Shown here: positions 36,531 through 45,884 of the stretch, piece after piece
Layout: each line of letters begins with the position of its first letter
How positions within the stretch are numbered: the first letter of the stretch is position 1
Source: Bdellovibrionota bacterium
GTDB lineage: Bacteria; Bdellovibrionota; UBA1018; UBA923
DNA: 49,660 nt
Direction of reading: 5' to 3'
NCBI GenBank assembly: GCA_040754655.1
Contig: JBFMCE010000011.1
Coordinates: 1 to 49,660 of the forward strand
The notes under the pieces: model-generated
The model's database searches: none
The model's input: only the letters and a program-made list of their open reading frames with translations
Told to the model about the DNA's origin: nothing
Translations under genes and position numbers: made by a program

Positions 36531-37198
36531 TGGCTTTTGAACCGGTGGTAGCACAGCAGGGGATTCCGGAATCGAAAGCCTAGCGTGGCATACAAGTTTA
36601 AGATGGCCATGTTATCAGCCGAGATAGAAGAAACTACCTCGTGGTGCCCAGCTTTGAAGAGCTCGGCGCAGGCGAGGCTCCAGAAATACTTTGCCAGCCC
36701 TTTCCCTCGGAAAGGTGTATCTAAGGCGTGTAGCACGATTCGGTTTTCAGTATAGCCAAAGAAGCCTGCCAGCGTATCTTCGAAGCGCAAAGAAAAAACT
36801 GTTCCCTCTTCGGCCAGCTGCAAGAACCATTGGTTGTAGCGCAGATCGGCCATGCCTTTCGGGATGTTGAAGTCGCGGTGAAAACGTCCGTGGGTGAATG
36901 CTGTCTTTGAAACGCGATCAAGGCTTTTAAAGTCAATGCTACGATCTAACTTCACTTGAGGGTTTGTCAGAGGTTTGAATCGATCAACATCGCAATGAGG
37001 GTTGATCAATGTATCGCAGTAGTAAAATCCGTGTTTCACTAAGCGTTTGACATCAAACTGCGGGTCGACTTTCACCGAGACGTGGCCAGCGACATCTTGA
37101 ATCTCAGTGAGCGCCTCTTCCTCCGTGCTCAAAAGCTCGTAAGTCGGAAACCCAAAAACTTTCTCGTCCCAAGGGGTATTTTTAAGGATTTTTTTCAT
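36527..37198 (-). CDS. GNAT N-acetyltransferase (WecD/RffC-like)
   Basis: TPWDEKVFG, FTHGRFHRD, FRGKGLAK and N..ILNLY..LGF. In an operon with the wecE-like gene. Confidence 0.78.
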   Translation of the reverse strand: MKKILKNTPWDEKVFGFPTYELLSTEEEALTEIQDVAGHVSVKVDPQFDVKRLVKHGFYYCDTLINPHCDVDRFKPLTNPQVKLDRSIDFKSLDRVSKTAFTHGRFHRDFNIPKGMADLRYNQWFLQLAEEGTVFSLRFEDTLAGFFGYTENRIVLHALDTPFRGKGLAKYFWSLACAELFKAGHHEVVSSISADNMAILNLYATLGFRFRNPLLCYHRFKSQ

Positions 37199-38132
37199 TG
37201 ATGTTCGCAGTCGCCTTGTCGATTAAATACAGAGGCCTGCCCTTGGTTTGATCAAAAGTTTTACCAAGATAGACTCCCACCACGCCTAAAATCGCGATCG
37301 TCATCCCACCCAGGAAATAAAGAGACACGATCAAGCTCGCCCATCCTGAAACCGGAATTCCCTGAAAAAGAGCGCGGTAGAGCACGTACAGCCCGAAAGC
37401 GAACGAGAAAAGCGTGACCATGAATCCGATCTTCACAGCCAGTTTCAACGGTTTGTCTGAGTACGCTAAAATCGTCTCCAAACCAAGATTGAAAAGCTTG
37501 CGGTAAGTGTAGGCGCTTTTCCCTTCGAATCTCGCCGCATGCTCGATATCCACATAGGCCGTTGAAAAGCCCATCCAGTTGATGAGCGCGCCAAAAAAAC
37601 GGAGTTCTTCGCGAAACAGCGAGAATTTATTGACGACCTTACGAGACAAAATGCGGAAGTTCCCGACCCGATGGTCATATCGCAAGTCCGCCAGATAACC
37701 AAAAATCCCGTAGAAAACGCGAGAGCTAAGGCGTTTGAAGAGAGGTTGCTTAGAATCCATCCGGCGCGCGATCACGATCTCAAAGCCTTCTTTCGCTTTT
37801 GCGTACAACCGCGCGATTTCTTCCGGCGGATCTTGAAGGTCGCAGTCCATCACCACAACCCAATCACCCGTGCAATGGTCGAGTCCCGCGGTGATTCCAT
37901 AGTGTTGTCCGAAGTTGCGGCTGAACTGAAGCCCCTTCACCCGGGAATCGGTCTTTGAAAACGATTCAATCATCTTCCACGACCGGTCGCCGCCGCAGTC
38001 TTCAACAAAGAGAATTTCAAAGTTGGGGTTGATCGGTTCAAGCACTTTCTTTAAGCGCGCGTAGAGCTCTTGAAGGCAATTCTCCGCCTTATAGACCGGA
38101 ACAACGATGCTAATATGCGGGTTCGTCGCCAT
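37182..38132 (-). CDS. Polyprenyl-phosphate glycosyltransferase (GtrB/ArnC-like GT2)
   Basis: SRNFGQH, MDCDLQDPP, two C-terminal TM helices and RPLY. Confidence 0.92.
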   Translation of the reverse strand: MATNPHISIVVPVYKAENCLQELYARLKKVLEPINPNFEILFVEDCGGDRSWKMIESFSKTDSRVKGLQFSRNFGQHYGITAGLDHCTGDWVVVMDCDLQDPPEEIARLYAKAKEGFEIVIARRMDSKQPLFKRLSSRVFYGIFGYLADLRYDHRVGNFRILSRKVVNKFSLFREELRFFGALINWMGFSTAYVDIEHAARFEGKSAYTYRKLFNLGLETILAYSDKPLKLAVKIGFMVTLFSFAFGLYVLYRALFQGIPVSGWASLIVSLYFLGGMTIAILGVVGVYLGKTFDQTKGRPLYLIDKATANINEKNP

Positions 38133-39321
38133 GACCTTTACCTGTCCCGCGTGGTTTAATTTTTTCTTCGAGAAGCCATTTTCGCGCCTTTTCGATCACA
38201 TAACCCTGCTCTTCTTCCGTGAGGTTGTAGAACAGAGGAAAGCGCACCAGAGATTGAGAGAGTTTTTCGCATCCGGGCAAGTGTTCTGGCCTGCCGCTAT
38301 AAAAGCGAGCGCCAAACGGCGAGGTATGCAGAGAAACATAATGAAACGGGCAGATGATGCCGTTTGATTTCATAAAGCTGATGAAACGGGTGCGCAGCTC
38401 ATGGTTGGGCATGATCATGGCGAAAAGGTGGTAGTTCGGCGTATTGTGAGCCGGGGTTCCAAGGACGCGGATGTCGAATTCCGCGAACTCCGCCGCGAGC
38501 GACGTTTTATAACCCTCCCAGATTTGTTTTCTTCGTTTCGTGATCTGGGGCAAATCATCAAGTTGAGGGTAAAGATACGCCGCATTCATATCCGACATCA
38601 AATAGCTCGATCCAATGTCAACCCAGGTATATTTGTCTGCGAGGCCTTGAAAAAAACGAGCCCTGTTGGTGCCTTTTTCACGAAGGATCTCTGCGCGGTC
38701 AAGGAACTTTGAATTCCCAAGAATCAGCGCGCCACCCTCGCCTGAGGTCACATTTTTTGTCTCATGAAAACTATAACAACCCAATTCCCCGATCGTTCCG
38801 AGTGTGCGGCCTTTGTAACTCGCTCCAATAGCTTGCGCCGCGTCTTCCACCAGGGGAACCGAATTTTTTGCGCAGATTTCTGAGATTGCATCCAGGTCTG
38901 CCGAAGCTCCGGCGTAATGAACGGCCATCACGGCTTTCGTCTTTTTTGAAAGAAGCCGTTCGACCTCAGAGGGCAGGATGTTTCCGAAAAGGTCATTGTC
39001 GGCGAATCGCAAGACTGCGCCTCTCAGTGCAAAGGCATTGGCCGTCGAGGAAAACGTGTAACTTGGGAGAATGACTTCATCACCAGGCTTCAAATCAAGA
39101 AGCAAAGGGATCATTTCAAGAGCATGCGTGCCCGAGCTCACGAGAAGAGTTTTTTTTCCGGCGATTTTCTCCAAGAGTTGTTCACAGCGCTTCGTGAAGG
39201 GGCCATTTCCAGAAAGGTGCCCATTGCGAATGGCTTCCGCGAGCAAGGCCTCTTGCCGGTCTAAGACCACAGGTTTGTTGAAAGGAACCTTTATCGAGGC
39301 CGTTACGGAATTTGCTGACAT
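38110..39321 (-). CDS. wecE: dTDP-4-amino-4,6-dideoxygalactose transaminase (WecE/RffA)
   Basis: PFNKP, SGNGPFT, STANAF, SFHETKN..SGEGG, EKGTNR..F, DKYTWVDIGSSY and FHYVSLH. Confidence 0.88.
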   Translation of the reverse strand: MSANSVTASIKVPFNKPVVLDRQEALLAEAIRNGHLSGNGPFTKRCEQLLEKIAGKKTLLVSSGTHALEMIPLLLDLKPGDEVILPSYTFSSTANAFALRGAVLRFADNDLFGNILPSEVERLLSKKTKAVMAVHYAGASADLDAISEICAKNSVPLVEDAAQAIGASYKGRTLGTIGELGCYSFHETKNVTSGEGGALILGNSKFLDRAEILREKGTNRARFFQGLADKYTWVDIGSSYLMSDMNAAYLYPQLDDLPQITKRRKQIWEGYKTSLAAEFAEFDIRVLGTPAHNTPNYHLFAMIMPNHELRTRFISFMKSNGIICPFHYVSLHTSPFGARFYSGRPEHLPGCEKLSQSLVRFPLFYNLTEEEQGYVIEKARKWLLEEKIKPRGTGKGHGDEPAY

Positions 39322-39354
39322 CTTAAATCCTTGGTTATAGGCTTAGATCCCAAA

Positions 39355-39385
39355 CATATACCAAGCTTGCCTCTGACCAGGCAAG
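39355..39385 (-). promoter_or_regulatory. Putative promoter for the wecE operon, overlapping a 7-bp inverted repeat
   Basis: Minus strand TTGCCT (39384-39379), 18 bp, TATATG (39360-39355) with TG extension. Inverted repeat CTTGCCT-n6-AGGCAAG at 39366-39385. Confidence 0.35.
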
Positions 39386-39397
39386 GGTTCGTTAAAA

Positions 39398-40816
39398 ATG
39401 CTTAAAAACAAATCCACTCAAACCGCTGCTTTCCTCGCGCTCTTGGCCCTGTTTTTCTTGTCCCTGAACTCGCTCGTCACTTTTCCTGATTCCTATGACG
39501 ATGAAGGTTTTTACGGGGCTTATGGTTTGGGATATGTCACAACGGGCAAGTTTTCATCGCCTTCCATCCAAAGCGCGGGCCCCTTTGCCTTGGGAAATGC
39601 GTGGAACTCTCGCGTCAGCGCGGCGATCTTTGGCGCTTTGGGCCATCTCACGGGCCACTCTCTGGCCACGGCGCGCAGCATTTCCTTTGTGCTGGTGTGG
39701 CTGGCGGTTTTCATCTGGTACTTCATTTCGCGCAGGCTGGGCATCTCAGGATGGGTAGGTGCGCTTTTTTTTGCATCCGCCGAGCGCGTTTTTTATTCTT
39801 CCCATGTGTTTCGGCCTGAAGCGACGCTTGTCTTGATGAATACGATTTTTATTTACATCGTCGTTCGTTTTCAAGACGCGAGGCTTGCGTTTACCCGCGG
39901 CCTTTTGAATGGCGGGTTCGTCTTGGCGCATGGAACGGGCCTTGTCACGGCAGTCCTCAATACGTTTGATTTTGGGTTTGCTTGGCTCAAGGCATTGCGC
40001 AAAAAACCGAAGCCCTTGGGCTTTTACATTGTGGGATCGATCCTGGCGGTTGCGGCTTTTTATTTCATTCAGATCCATGATGTGGGTGGGTACAAGGTCG
40101 CTCAAGAACAGCTGCAAGTCTTTAAACAGTATCAAATCAGGACTTCGATCTTAGAAGCGATCAAGGCCGATATTATTCTGCGTTGGGGCACCGAACTCAT
40201 CGAAGTTGGCGGGAGTGTTTTGGCGAAGGTTTTTCGCTGGTATTTCTATCTCACCGTCCTTTTGATTTCAGCGTTCAGCGCTTGGCGCTTCAGCGGTCTA
40301 CCCAAAAGGCTTGGGTTCTTGTCGCTAGGGTGCGTATTCACCTACATGGTGATCGTGCCCGATAAGATCGATATCCAGATCGCTGAGATGATCCCGTTTT
40401 TCGTGGCAGCGGCGATAAGCGGGTTGGTCGCGATCCGCAAGTCTTACTCACGCATCGCCGCGACCCTCATATTGTGCAGCTTGATCGCAGTAGAGGCGCT
40501 CATCTCTGTTCATCATGCCATAAAATACCGCGGTCCAACGGGTACCCAAGCGGTGTCCGCAAAACTCTCGCGGTATCTTGGCGAAACTAAGGCTCTGGTG
40601 GGTGATCAGAAGATCACTGTCATTGAGGACATGAGGTATTGGTTCGAATTCAAAGACCGTTTCGATTTTCGCGGGTCTCGATACATTCAAGAGTTTTCAC
40701 CCTATCATGGAGTCATTGTCGTCGCTCGAAACGCCGTCGGTAATCCGGCCTTTCGACACTGTAAGGCCATCTTAAAAGATGCAGAGGGTTATTTCGTCAC
40801 CTACCGCTGTCCCTAG
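39398..40816 (+). CDS. ArnT/PMT-like (GT-C) membrane glycosyltransferase
   Basis: First TM helix followed by the acidic loop YDDEGFY, ARSIS, RPE, many TMs and a small C-terminal soluble domain. Confidence 0.7.
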   Translation: MLKNKSTQTAAFLALLALFFLSLNSLVTFPDSYDDEGFYGAYGLGYVTTGKFSSPSIQSAGPFALGNAWNSRVSAAIFGALGHLTGHSLATARSISFVLVWLAVFIWYFISRRLGISGWVGALFFASAERVFYSSHVFRPEATLVLMNTIFIYIVVRFQDARLAFTRGLLNGGFVLAHGTGLVTAVLNTFDFGFAWLKALRKKPKPLGFYIVGSILAVAAFYFIQIHDVGGYKVAQEQLQVFKQYQIRTSILEAIKADIILRWGTELIEVGGSVLAKVFRWYFYLTVLLISAFSAWRFSGLPKRLGFLSLGCVFTYMVIVPDKIDIQIAEMIPFFVAAAISGLVAIRKSYSRIAATLILCSLIAVEALISVHHAIKYRGPTGTQAVSAKLSRYLGETKALVGDQKITVIEDMRYWFEFKDRFDFRGSRYIQEFSPYHGVIVVARNAVGNPAFRHCKAILKDAEGYFVTYRCP

Positions 40817-40831
40817 AGCTTGCGCGAATTC

Positions 40832-42361
40832 TTAAAGGCCATGGTTTGCCGCCCGTACCGGCCTCCCACAAACCAGTAGCGGAGTGGCTTCAGAACGGGG
40901 CGGGGAAGACAGAATCGCATAATAACGATCCGGCGTCGCTTCATGTTTTTTTAGAGCCACGATATATTGGGGACTCTTGTTTTCTTCTTGCCCGCACTGT
41001 TTGATCTCCTGTTCTAACATCGCAAGGAAGTTCAACGGATAGGGATCGGCGAAATTCTCGGGATGGGCATAGAACTCAAGGTTTTTCCCAAGCTTTAAGC
41101 CGCAGGCCCGCGGGCTTGATCCTGTCTGAACGAGTCTGGGTTCTCCCATCGATCGCATCAACTGCGGCAGTCGAAAAAGAGACGCCGCTGCCAAGGAAGA
41201 TGCGCCAAGAAGAACGGTGGTCTTAAACGCCCGTTGGAGCGATTGACGCGAATGTTTCGAGATGGTTTTTAATGCGATCTGATAGAAGTAAAATCCTCCT
41301 ACTGCAGCTAGAAACGCCCTGCAGAGGATCAGATAGATGAAAATGCGCTGTACGAAGTAATAATGCTTCAACGCGACTGCAAGACCCAAGAACACCGCAA
41401 GACCAAGTTGTAAAATTGAAATTACAGCGAGTGAAAAGGCAAATTTCTCTGATGAGCTCAAGTCGCGTCGTTTCGGATACGCCAGAACAGGATACGCAGC
41501 CCCTAAGACGACCAGCGCGTTGAATCCGACCGTGATCAAAGAGCCCGAAGGCCAAAATAAAGCCCACACCGAGCGGATTAGGCCAAAATCCTTGGTGAGC
41601 AAAAGGTCGTACGGGCCCGCATCAGTAAAGTTGCACGATTTGAGGCTGTAGAACATCCCGATGCTTAGGCTCACAAAGGCGAGTGGAGCGAGAAAGTTCA
41701 TCCAAACTTTTGTTTTGCGAAAAGTTTTTTCTTCGCGAAAAAAAAAGTGCCAACAAACCATGCACCAGAAGCTTGTGACGAAGACTTGAAACATTCCAGG
41801 CCCCGCGACGAGGGTAAGGCCAAGGCTAAGGGCCGCGAATGTCCCTTTTTCGACATTTCTTATCCCAGAAAAGCCCTTGGAACTCAGCCGCGCACCCAAG
41901 AGTGTGGTGGCACCGAAGAAGAAAAGCCAAACGGCGTACGGCCTGGTTTCCGCTGCGTATTGATGAAAGAGGGGCTGGTTGTTCATCAACACGATGCTGA
42001 GCAGCGCCCAAGGTAGTCCTAAGCCCATTCCGATCGATAAAAACACAACCGCAATAAGCAGCGTCGAGGCGATCAAACCTTCAAGTCTAAGCTTCCAAAG
42101 AATACCGTGGTCAAATGAGCCCAACTTGCTCACCGTCCATTTGTTCAGCAAGTAGTAGAGAGGTTGCGGGCTGCACTGACTTGGCGCGCCTCCTGAAAGA
42201 AGGGTAAAATAAGGTGCGGTGCAAGAAGAATTGATGCCGATCGCTTCGTCATCCCAGAACGGTTTGTGGGTTGCGAGGAAGAACTGGTTTTTAGCGATGA
42301 AGCCAAGGAGAACAAGGCAAATCCCTACGAGAATGAAGAGGTTCCTTCTTGGTTTTGCCAC
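40832..42361 (-). CDS. GT-C-like membrane glycosyltransferase
   Basis: First TM helix followed by FWDDEA, PLYY and YAAETRPYA, then many TMs. GTG start 5 bp after the HIT stop. Confidence 0.7.
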   Translation of the reverse strand: MAKPRRNLFILVGICLVLLGFIAKNQFFLATHKPFWDDEAIGINSSCTAPYFTLLSGGAPSQCSPQPLYYLLNKWTVSKLGSFDHGILWKLRLEGLIASTLLIAVVFLSIGMGLGLPWALLSIVLMNNQPLFHQYAAETRPYAVWLFFFGATTLLGARLSSKGFSGIRNVEKGTFAALSLGLTLVAGPGMFQVFVTSFWCMVCWHFFFREEKTFRKTKVWMNFLAPLAFVSLSIGMFYSLKSCNFTDAGPYDLLLTKDFGLIRSVWALFWPSGSLITVGFNALVVLGAAYPVLAYPKRRDLSSSEKFAFSLAVISILQLGLAVFLGLAVALKHYYFVQRIFIYLILCRAFLAAVGGFYFYQIALKTISKHSRQSLQRAFKTTVLLGASSLAAASLFRLPQLMRSMGEPRLVQTGSSPRACGLKLGKNLEFYAHPENFADPYPLNFLAMLEQEIKQCGQEENKSPQYIVALKKHEATPDRYYAILSSPPRSEATPLLVCGRPVRAANHGL

Positions 42362-42366
42362 GTGCC

Positions 42367-42717
42367 CTAAGCTCCGAAGCCGCCTTTTAGTTTAGCTCCG
42401 CCAAGCACATGAAGGTGCAGGTGAAATACGGTTTGGCCGGCATCAAGCTGGTTGTTGATCACGGTGCGATATCCTTGCGCGCGAATCCCTTTTTCGGTTG
42501 CAATCCTGTCTGCCAGCGCAAACAAGTCGGGAAGAATCGTTTCTCTGTCTTCCGCGCCCATCTCATTGAGGCTCGCAACGTGCTTTTTGGGAATGACGAG
42601 CGCGTGCACCGGTGCTTGCGGAGAGATATCCGCGATTGCGAAGGCCAACTCCGATTCCGCTATTTTCTTCGCGGGGATTTGACCCAATTGAATCTTGCAG
42701 AAAATACAATCGCTCAT
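42367..42717 (-). CDS. Histidine triad (HIT/Hint) nucleotide-binding protein
   Basis: DCIFCKI, DISPQAPVHALVIPKKH and GQTVFHLHLHVLGG. AAGGAG ribosome-binding site. Confidence 0.96.
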   Translation of the reverse strand: MSDCIFCKIQLGQIPAKKIAESELAFAIADISPQAPVHALVIPKKHVASLNEMGAEDRETILPDLFALADRIATEKGIRAQGYRTVINNQLDAGQTVFHLHLHVLGGAKLKGGFGA

Positions 42718-42722
42718 TGCTC

Positions 42723-43994
42723 TCACTCCTTCTCGCGCTCGATATCAGCGCCCAGCGCTCGAAGCTTGATCTCCATCTTTTCATAGCCTCGGTCAAGATG
42801 ATAAACGCGGCGAACTACGGTCGTTCCCCGGGCCGCCAGAGCAGCAAGCACAAGGCAGGCGCTGGCTCGCAAATCGGTAGCCATCACGGTCGCGCCGCTC
42901 AATCCATTCACGGCTCCGGCTTTGCCTCGAATGAGCGCCGTTTTTCCTTGGACATTGATGTCTGCACCCAAGCGCATCAGTTCTGCGACATGCATGAAAC
43001 GGTTTTCAAAAATATTTTCCGTGACCAACGAATCGCCGCTAACCACGCTTAAAAGAGCCATGAACTGCGCCTGCATGTCGGTCGGAAAACCAGGAAAGGG
43101 GAGAGTGGAAAGATCGACAGCCTTCAGCTTTTTTGAGACGTAAAGACGAATCCCCTGAGGCGTTGCAATGACCTCGGCTCCGATTTCACGCAACTTCTCT
43201 AGAACCGCTTCCAAAAGCTCGCTAGGAACATCGGGTAGGAAAACCTCGCCCTGAGTGATCGCGCCTGCGACAAGATAGGTGCCCGCTTCGATTCGGTCGG
43301 GAATCACAGAATGTCGGGCAGCGCCTAATTGCTCGACTCCTTCAACAGCAATGACCGAAGTCCCTTCGCCCGAGATCTTTGCTCCGAGCTTTTTCAAGAA
43401 AACCGCAAGGTCGATGATCTCAGGTTCCTGAGCGCAGTTTCTCAAGACGGTTTTTCCTTTCGCCAATGTCGCTGCCATCAAGGTGTTTTCGGTGGCGCCA
43501 ACCGAGACCTGGTCGAAGGTGATATCCGCGCCACGCAGATGGTCTACGGAAGCATTGATATAGCCTCCTTCCAGCGAGATCTTTGCTCCCATCTTCTCTA
43601 AGGCCGTGAGATGCAGATTGACCGGGCGAGCTCCGATGCTGCACCCTCCTGGAAGTGAAACCCTGGCTTGTTTGAACCTCGCTAGCGTCGGGCCCAGCAC
43701 CAAAACAGAGGCTCTCATCGTTCTGACAAGGTCGTATGAGGCCTCGAAACTTAAAAGCTCAGGTACGGAAATCTCGACTTCATGCTTGTCGGTGTGGTGG
43801 GTGACTTTGGCCCCCATTTCTGAGAGAAGCCTTACGGTCGTGTCAATGTCAGCCAGAGTGGGAACATTTGAAAGCTTGCATTTCTCGGAGGTCAGCAATG
43901 TGGCGAAAAGAATCGGAAGGGCCGCGTTTTTTGCTCCGCCGATTTGTACCTGGCCGTGCAGAGCTCTTCCGCCGCGTATGACGAGTTTATCCAT
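42723..43994 (-). CDS. murA: UDP-N-acetylglucosamine 1-carboxyvinyltransferase
   Basis: GAKNAALP, MRAS, LPGGCSIGARP (active-site Cys present), DRIEAGT, GFPTDMQ, DLRASA and HLDRGYE. Confidence 0.99.
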   Translation of the reverse strand: MDKLVIRGGRALHGQVQIGGAKNAALPILFATLLTSEKCKLSNVPTLADIDTTVRLLSEMGAKVTHHTDKHEVEISVPELLSFEASYDLVRTMRASVLVLGPTLARFKQARVSLPGGCSIGARPVNLHLTALEKMGAKISLEGGYINASVDHLRGADITFDQVSVGATENTLMAATLAKGKTVLRNCAQEPEIIDLAVFLKKLGAKISGEGTSVIAVEGVEQLGAARHSVIPDRIEAGTYLVAGAITQGEVFLPDVPSELLEAVLEKLREIGAEVIATPQGIRLYVSKKLKAVDLSTLPFPGFPTDMQAQFMALLSVVSGDSLVTENIFENRFMHVAELMRLGADINVQGKTALIRGKAGAVNGLSGATVMATDLRASACLVLAALAARGTTVVRRVYHLDRGYEKMEIKLRALGADIEREKE

Positions 43995-44787
43995 GCACTA
44001 GAATATACCGGTCTCGGCCCGTGAGGTCTTGAAAAATCTGAGTCGAATAGCCTTTGTCTGCGAAGACCTGGCTGGTTTCAGCGCTTCTACTCTCTGAGAG
44101 CTCAAAAAGCCCGAACCCTTTTGGCTGGACCTTGGCCTTGATGAGCTCGGCCAAAAACCTGTAATAAAACACTGCATCTTCGCCTTGAGCATACAAGGCT
44201 TCAGGTGGTTCATGGTCGCGGACGTCGTTGGCGATCTCATCGCTTGAAAGCAAGTAAGGCGGATTCGAGATGAGAAAGTCGCACTCTGGCAGCCCTTCAT
44301 ATTCCCAGAGCCGCGGCTCAGCAGAAACGGGAATGAATTCGGCGTTGGTTGCCCAGAGTTTTTTTGAATTCTCGCGGCATACGCTCAAAGCTTCTTCAGA
44401 GCTGTCGGTTGCCCACATTTTAAGGCCTGGGCGTTCAAGAGTAAGGGTGATTGAAATGCATCCTGAGCCCGCGCCAAACTCTAAGCCCTTAAGACTTTCC
44501 TGATGACCGAACCGGGTGTTCAGTTCTTTCAGTGCATGTTCAACCAAGCCTTCTGTTTCCGGTCTCGGGACAAGAACGCTGGTGTTCACGTAAAATCCTC
44601 TGCCAAAGAAGTCTTGCGAACCCGTAAGGTACTGCAGCGGCAGTCCGCGCACACGAAGTTTGATCAGGTTCTTGAGCTCTCGCTCTTCATATTCGTTTAA
44701 CGGTTGATCTTGGTGGAGAGCAAGCTGGTTCAAGCTGATCCCCCGGACATGGGCTTCTAAGATGCGGCGTTCATGAGGAGGGATTAT
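43987..44787 (-). CDS. prmC: Release factor glutamine methyltransferase; start probably non-canonical (ATA 44787), first standard start TTG 44733
   Basis: [33 protein letters not shown] and DLTGRDR. PrmC-like N-terminal sequence (RILEAHVRG) continues upstream of 44733. Confidence 0.93.
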   Translation of the reverse strand: MIPPHERRILEAHVRGISLNQLALHQDQPLNEYEERELKNLIKLRVRGLPLQYLTGSQDFFGRGFYVNTSVLVPRPETEGLVEHALKELNTRFGHQESLKGLEFGAGSGCISITLTLERPGLKMWATDSSEEALSVCRENSKKLWATNAEFIPVSAEPRLWEYEGLPECDFLISNPPYLLSSDEIANDVRDHEPPEALYAQGEDAVFYYRFLAELIKAKVQPKGFGLFELSESRSAETSQVFADKGYSTQIFQDLTGRDRYILVHG

Positions 44788-45863
44788 AATGCGCCCCCTG
44801 CATTTTGCTGTTTGAGGAGCTCGGCTTGGTTGTGGGTGATCAGCGCCTCAATGATGACATCAATCTTGCCTTCCATGATCTCGGGCAGCTGATGGACCGT
44901 CAAACCTATGCGGTGGTCCGTAAGACGAGATTGGGGAAAGTTATAAGTGCGAATGCGTTCACTGCGGTCTCCGGTGCCGACCATGCTTTTTCTGGCGTCT
45001 GAGAGCTCCTTCTGAGCCTTAGCTTGTTCAGCCTCGAGAAGTCTTGCTCGCAAAATCTTCATCGCCTTGTCTTTGTTCTTGTGCTGGCTTTTCTCGTCTT
45101 GGCACGAAACCACGAGCCCCGTGGGCACGTGGGTGATGCGTACCGCAGAGTCGGTCGTATTGACCGACTGGCCGCCCGGGCCACCAGCTCGAAACGTCTC
45201 TACTCGCAGGTCAGCTGGGTTGACGTGCACATCGACTTCTTCAGCCTCAGGCAAAACAGCGATGGTCACAGTAGAGGTATGAATGCGGCCCTGGGCTTCG
45301 GTTTTGGGAACCCTCTGCACCCGATGCACACCGCCCTCGTACTTGAGCCTGCTATAAACCTTCTCACCGCTGATCATCGCGATGATTTCTTTAAAACCCC
45401 CGATGCCGGTAGAGATAGCGCTCATCAATTCCACCCGCCAGCGGTGCTCACCGGCGTAGCGCTCGTACATCCGATAAAGCTCACCCACGAATAGAGCCGC
45501 CTCATCGCCGCCTGCTCCCGCGCGGATTTCCAATAAGATGTTTTTGTCGTCGTTTGGATCTTTGGGGAGCAGCAGTTTCTTGAGCTCAACCTCGAGAACT
45601 TCTTTTTCTTGTCCAAGGCGCGTGAGTTCTTCTTTGGCCATCGAACGCATTTCAGCGTCTTTATCTTCGAGCAAGAGTTTGTTCGATTCCAGTTCGCTTA
45701 AGACGAGCTTGTACCGTCTGAAGGCATCGACAAGTTCGGCGATATCCGAACGCTCTTTCGACAATGCTCGGAATTCCTGCGGCTTCGAGCCAAGGCTTGG
45801 ATCAGAGAGCTTCTGCTCAAGCAGTTCAAAGCGTTTTTCGACTTCCTCTAACTTAGCAAACAT
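44784..45863 (-). CDS. prfA: Peptide chain release factor 1
   Basis: [22 protein letters not shown] (PxT), GPGGQSVN and [10 protein letters not shown]. Confidence 0.99.
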   Translation of the reverse strand: MFAKLEEVEKRFELLEQKLSDPSLGSKPQEFRALSKERSDIAELVDAFRRYKLVLSELESNKLLLEDKDAEMRSMAKEELTRLGQEKEVLEVELKKLLLPKDPNDDKNILLEIRAGAGGDEAALFVGELYRMYERYAGEHRWRVELMSAISTGIGGFKEIIAMISGEKVYSRLKYEGGVHRVQRVPKTEAQGRIHTSTVTIAVLPEAEEVDVHVNPADLRVETFRAGGPGGQSVNTTDSAVRITHVPTGLVVSCQDEKSQHKNKDKAMKILRARLLEAEQAKAQKELSDARKSMVGTGDRSERIRTYNFPQSRLTDHRIGLTVHQLPEIMEGKIDVIIEALITHNQAELLKQQNAGGAL

Positions 45864-45884
45864 TTATTGGGTACTCCGCGGCAG

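Noticed and set aside
42723..43994. Intrinsic fosfomycin resistance through MurA
   Set aside because: The active-site Cys is present (LPGGCSIG), not the Asp variant.
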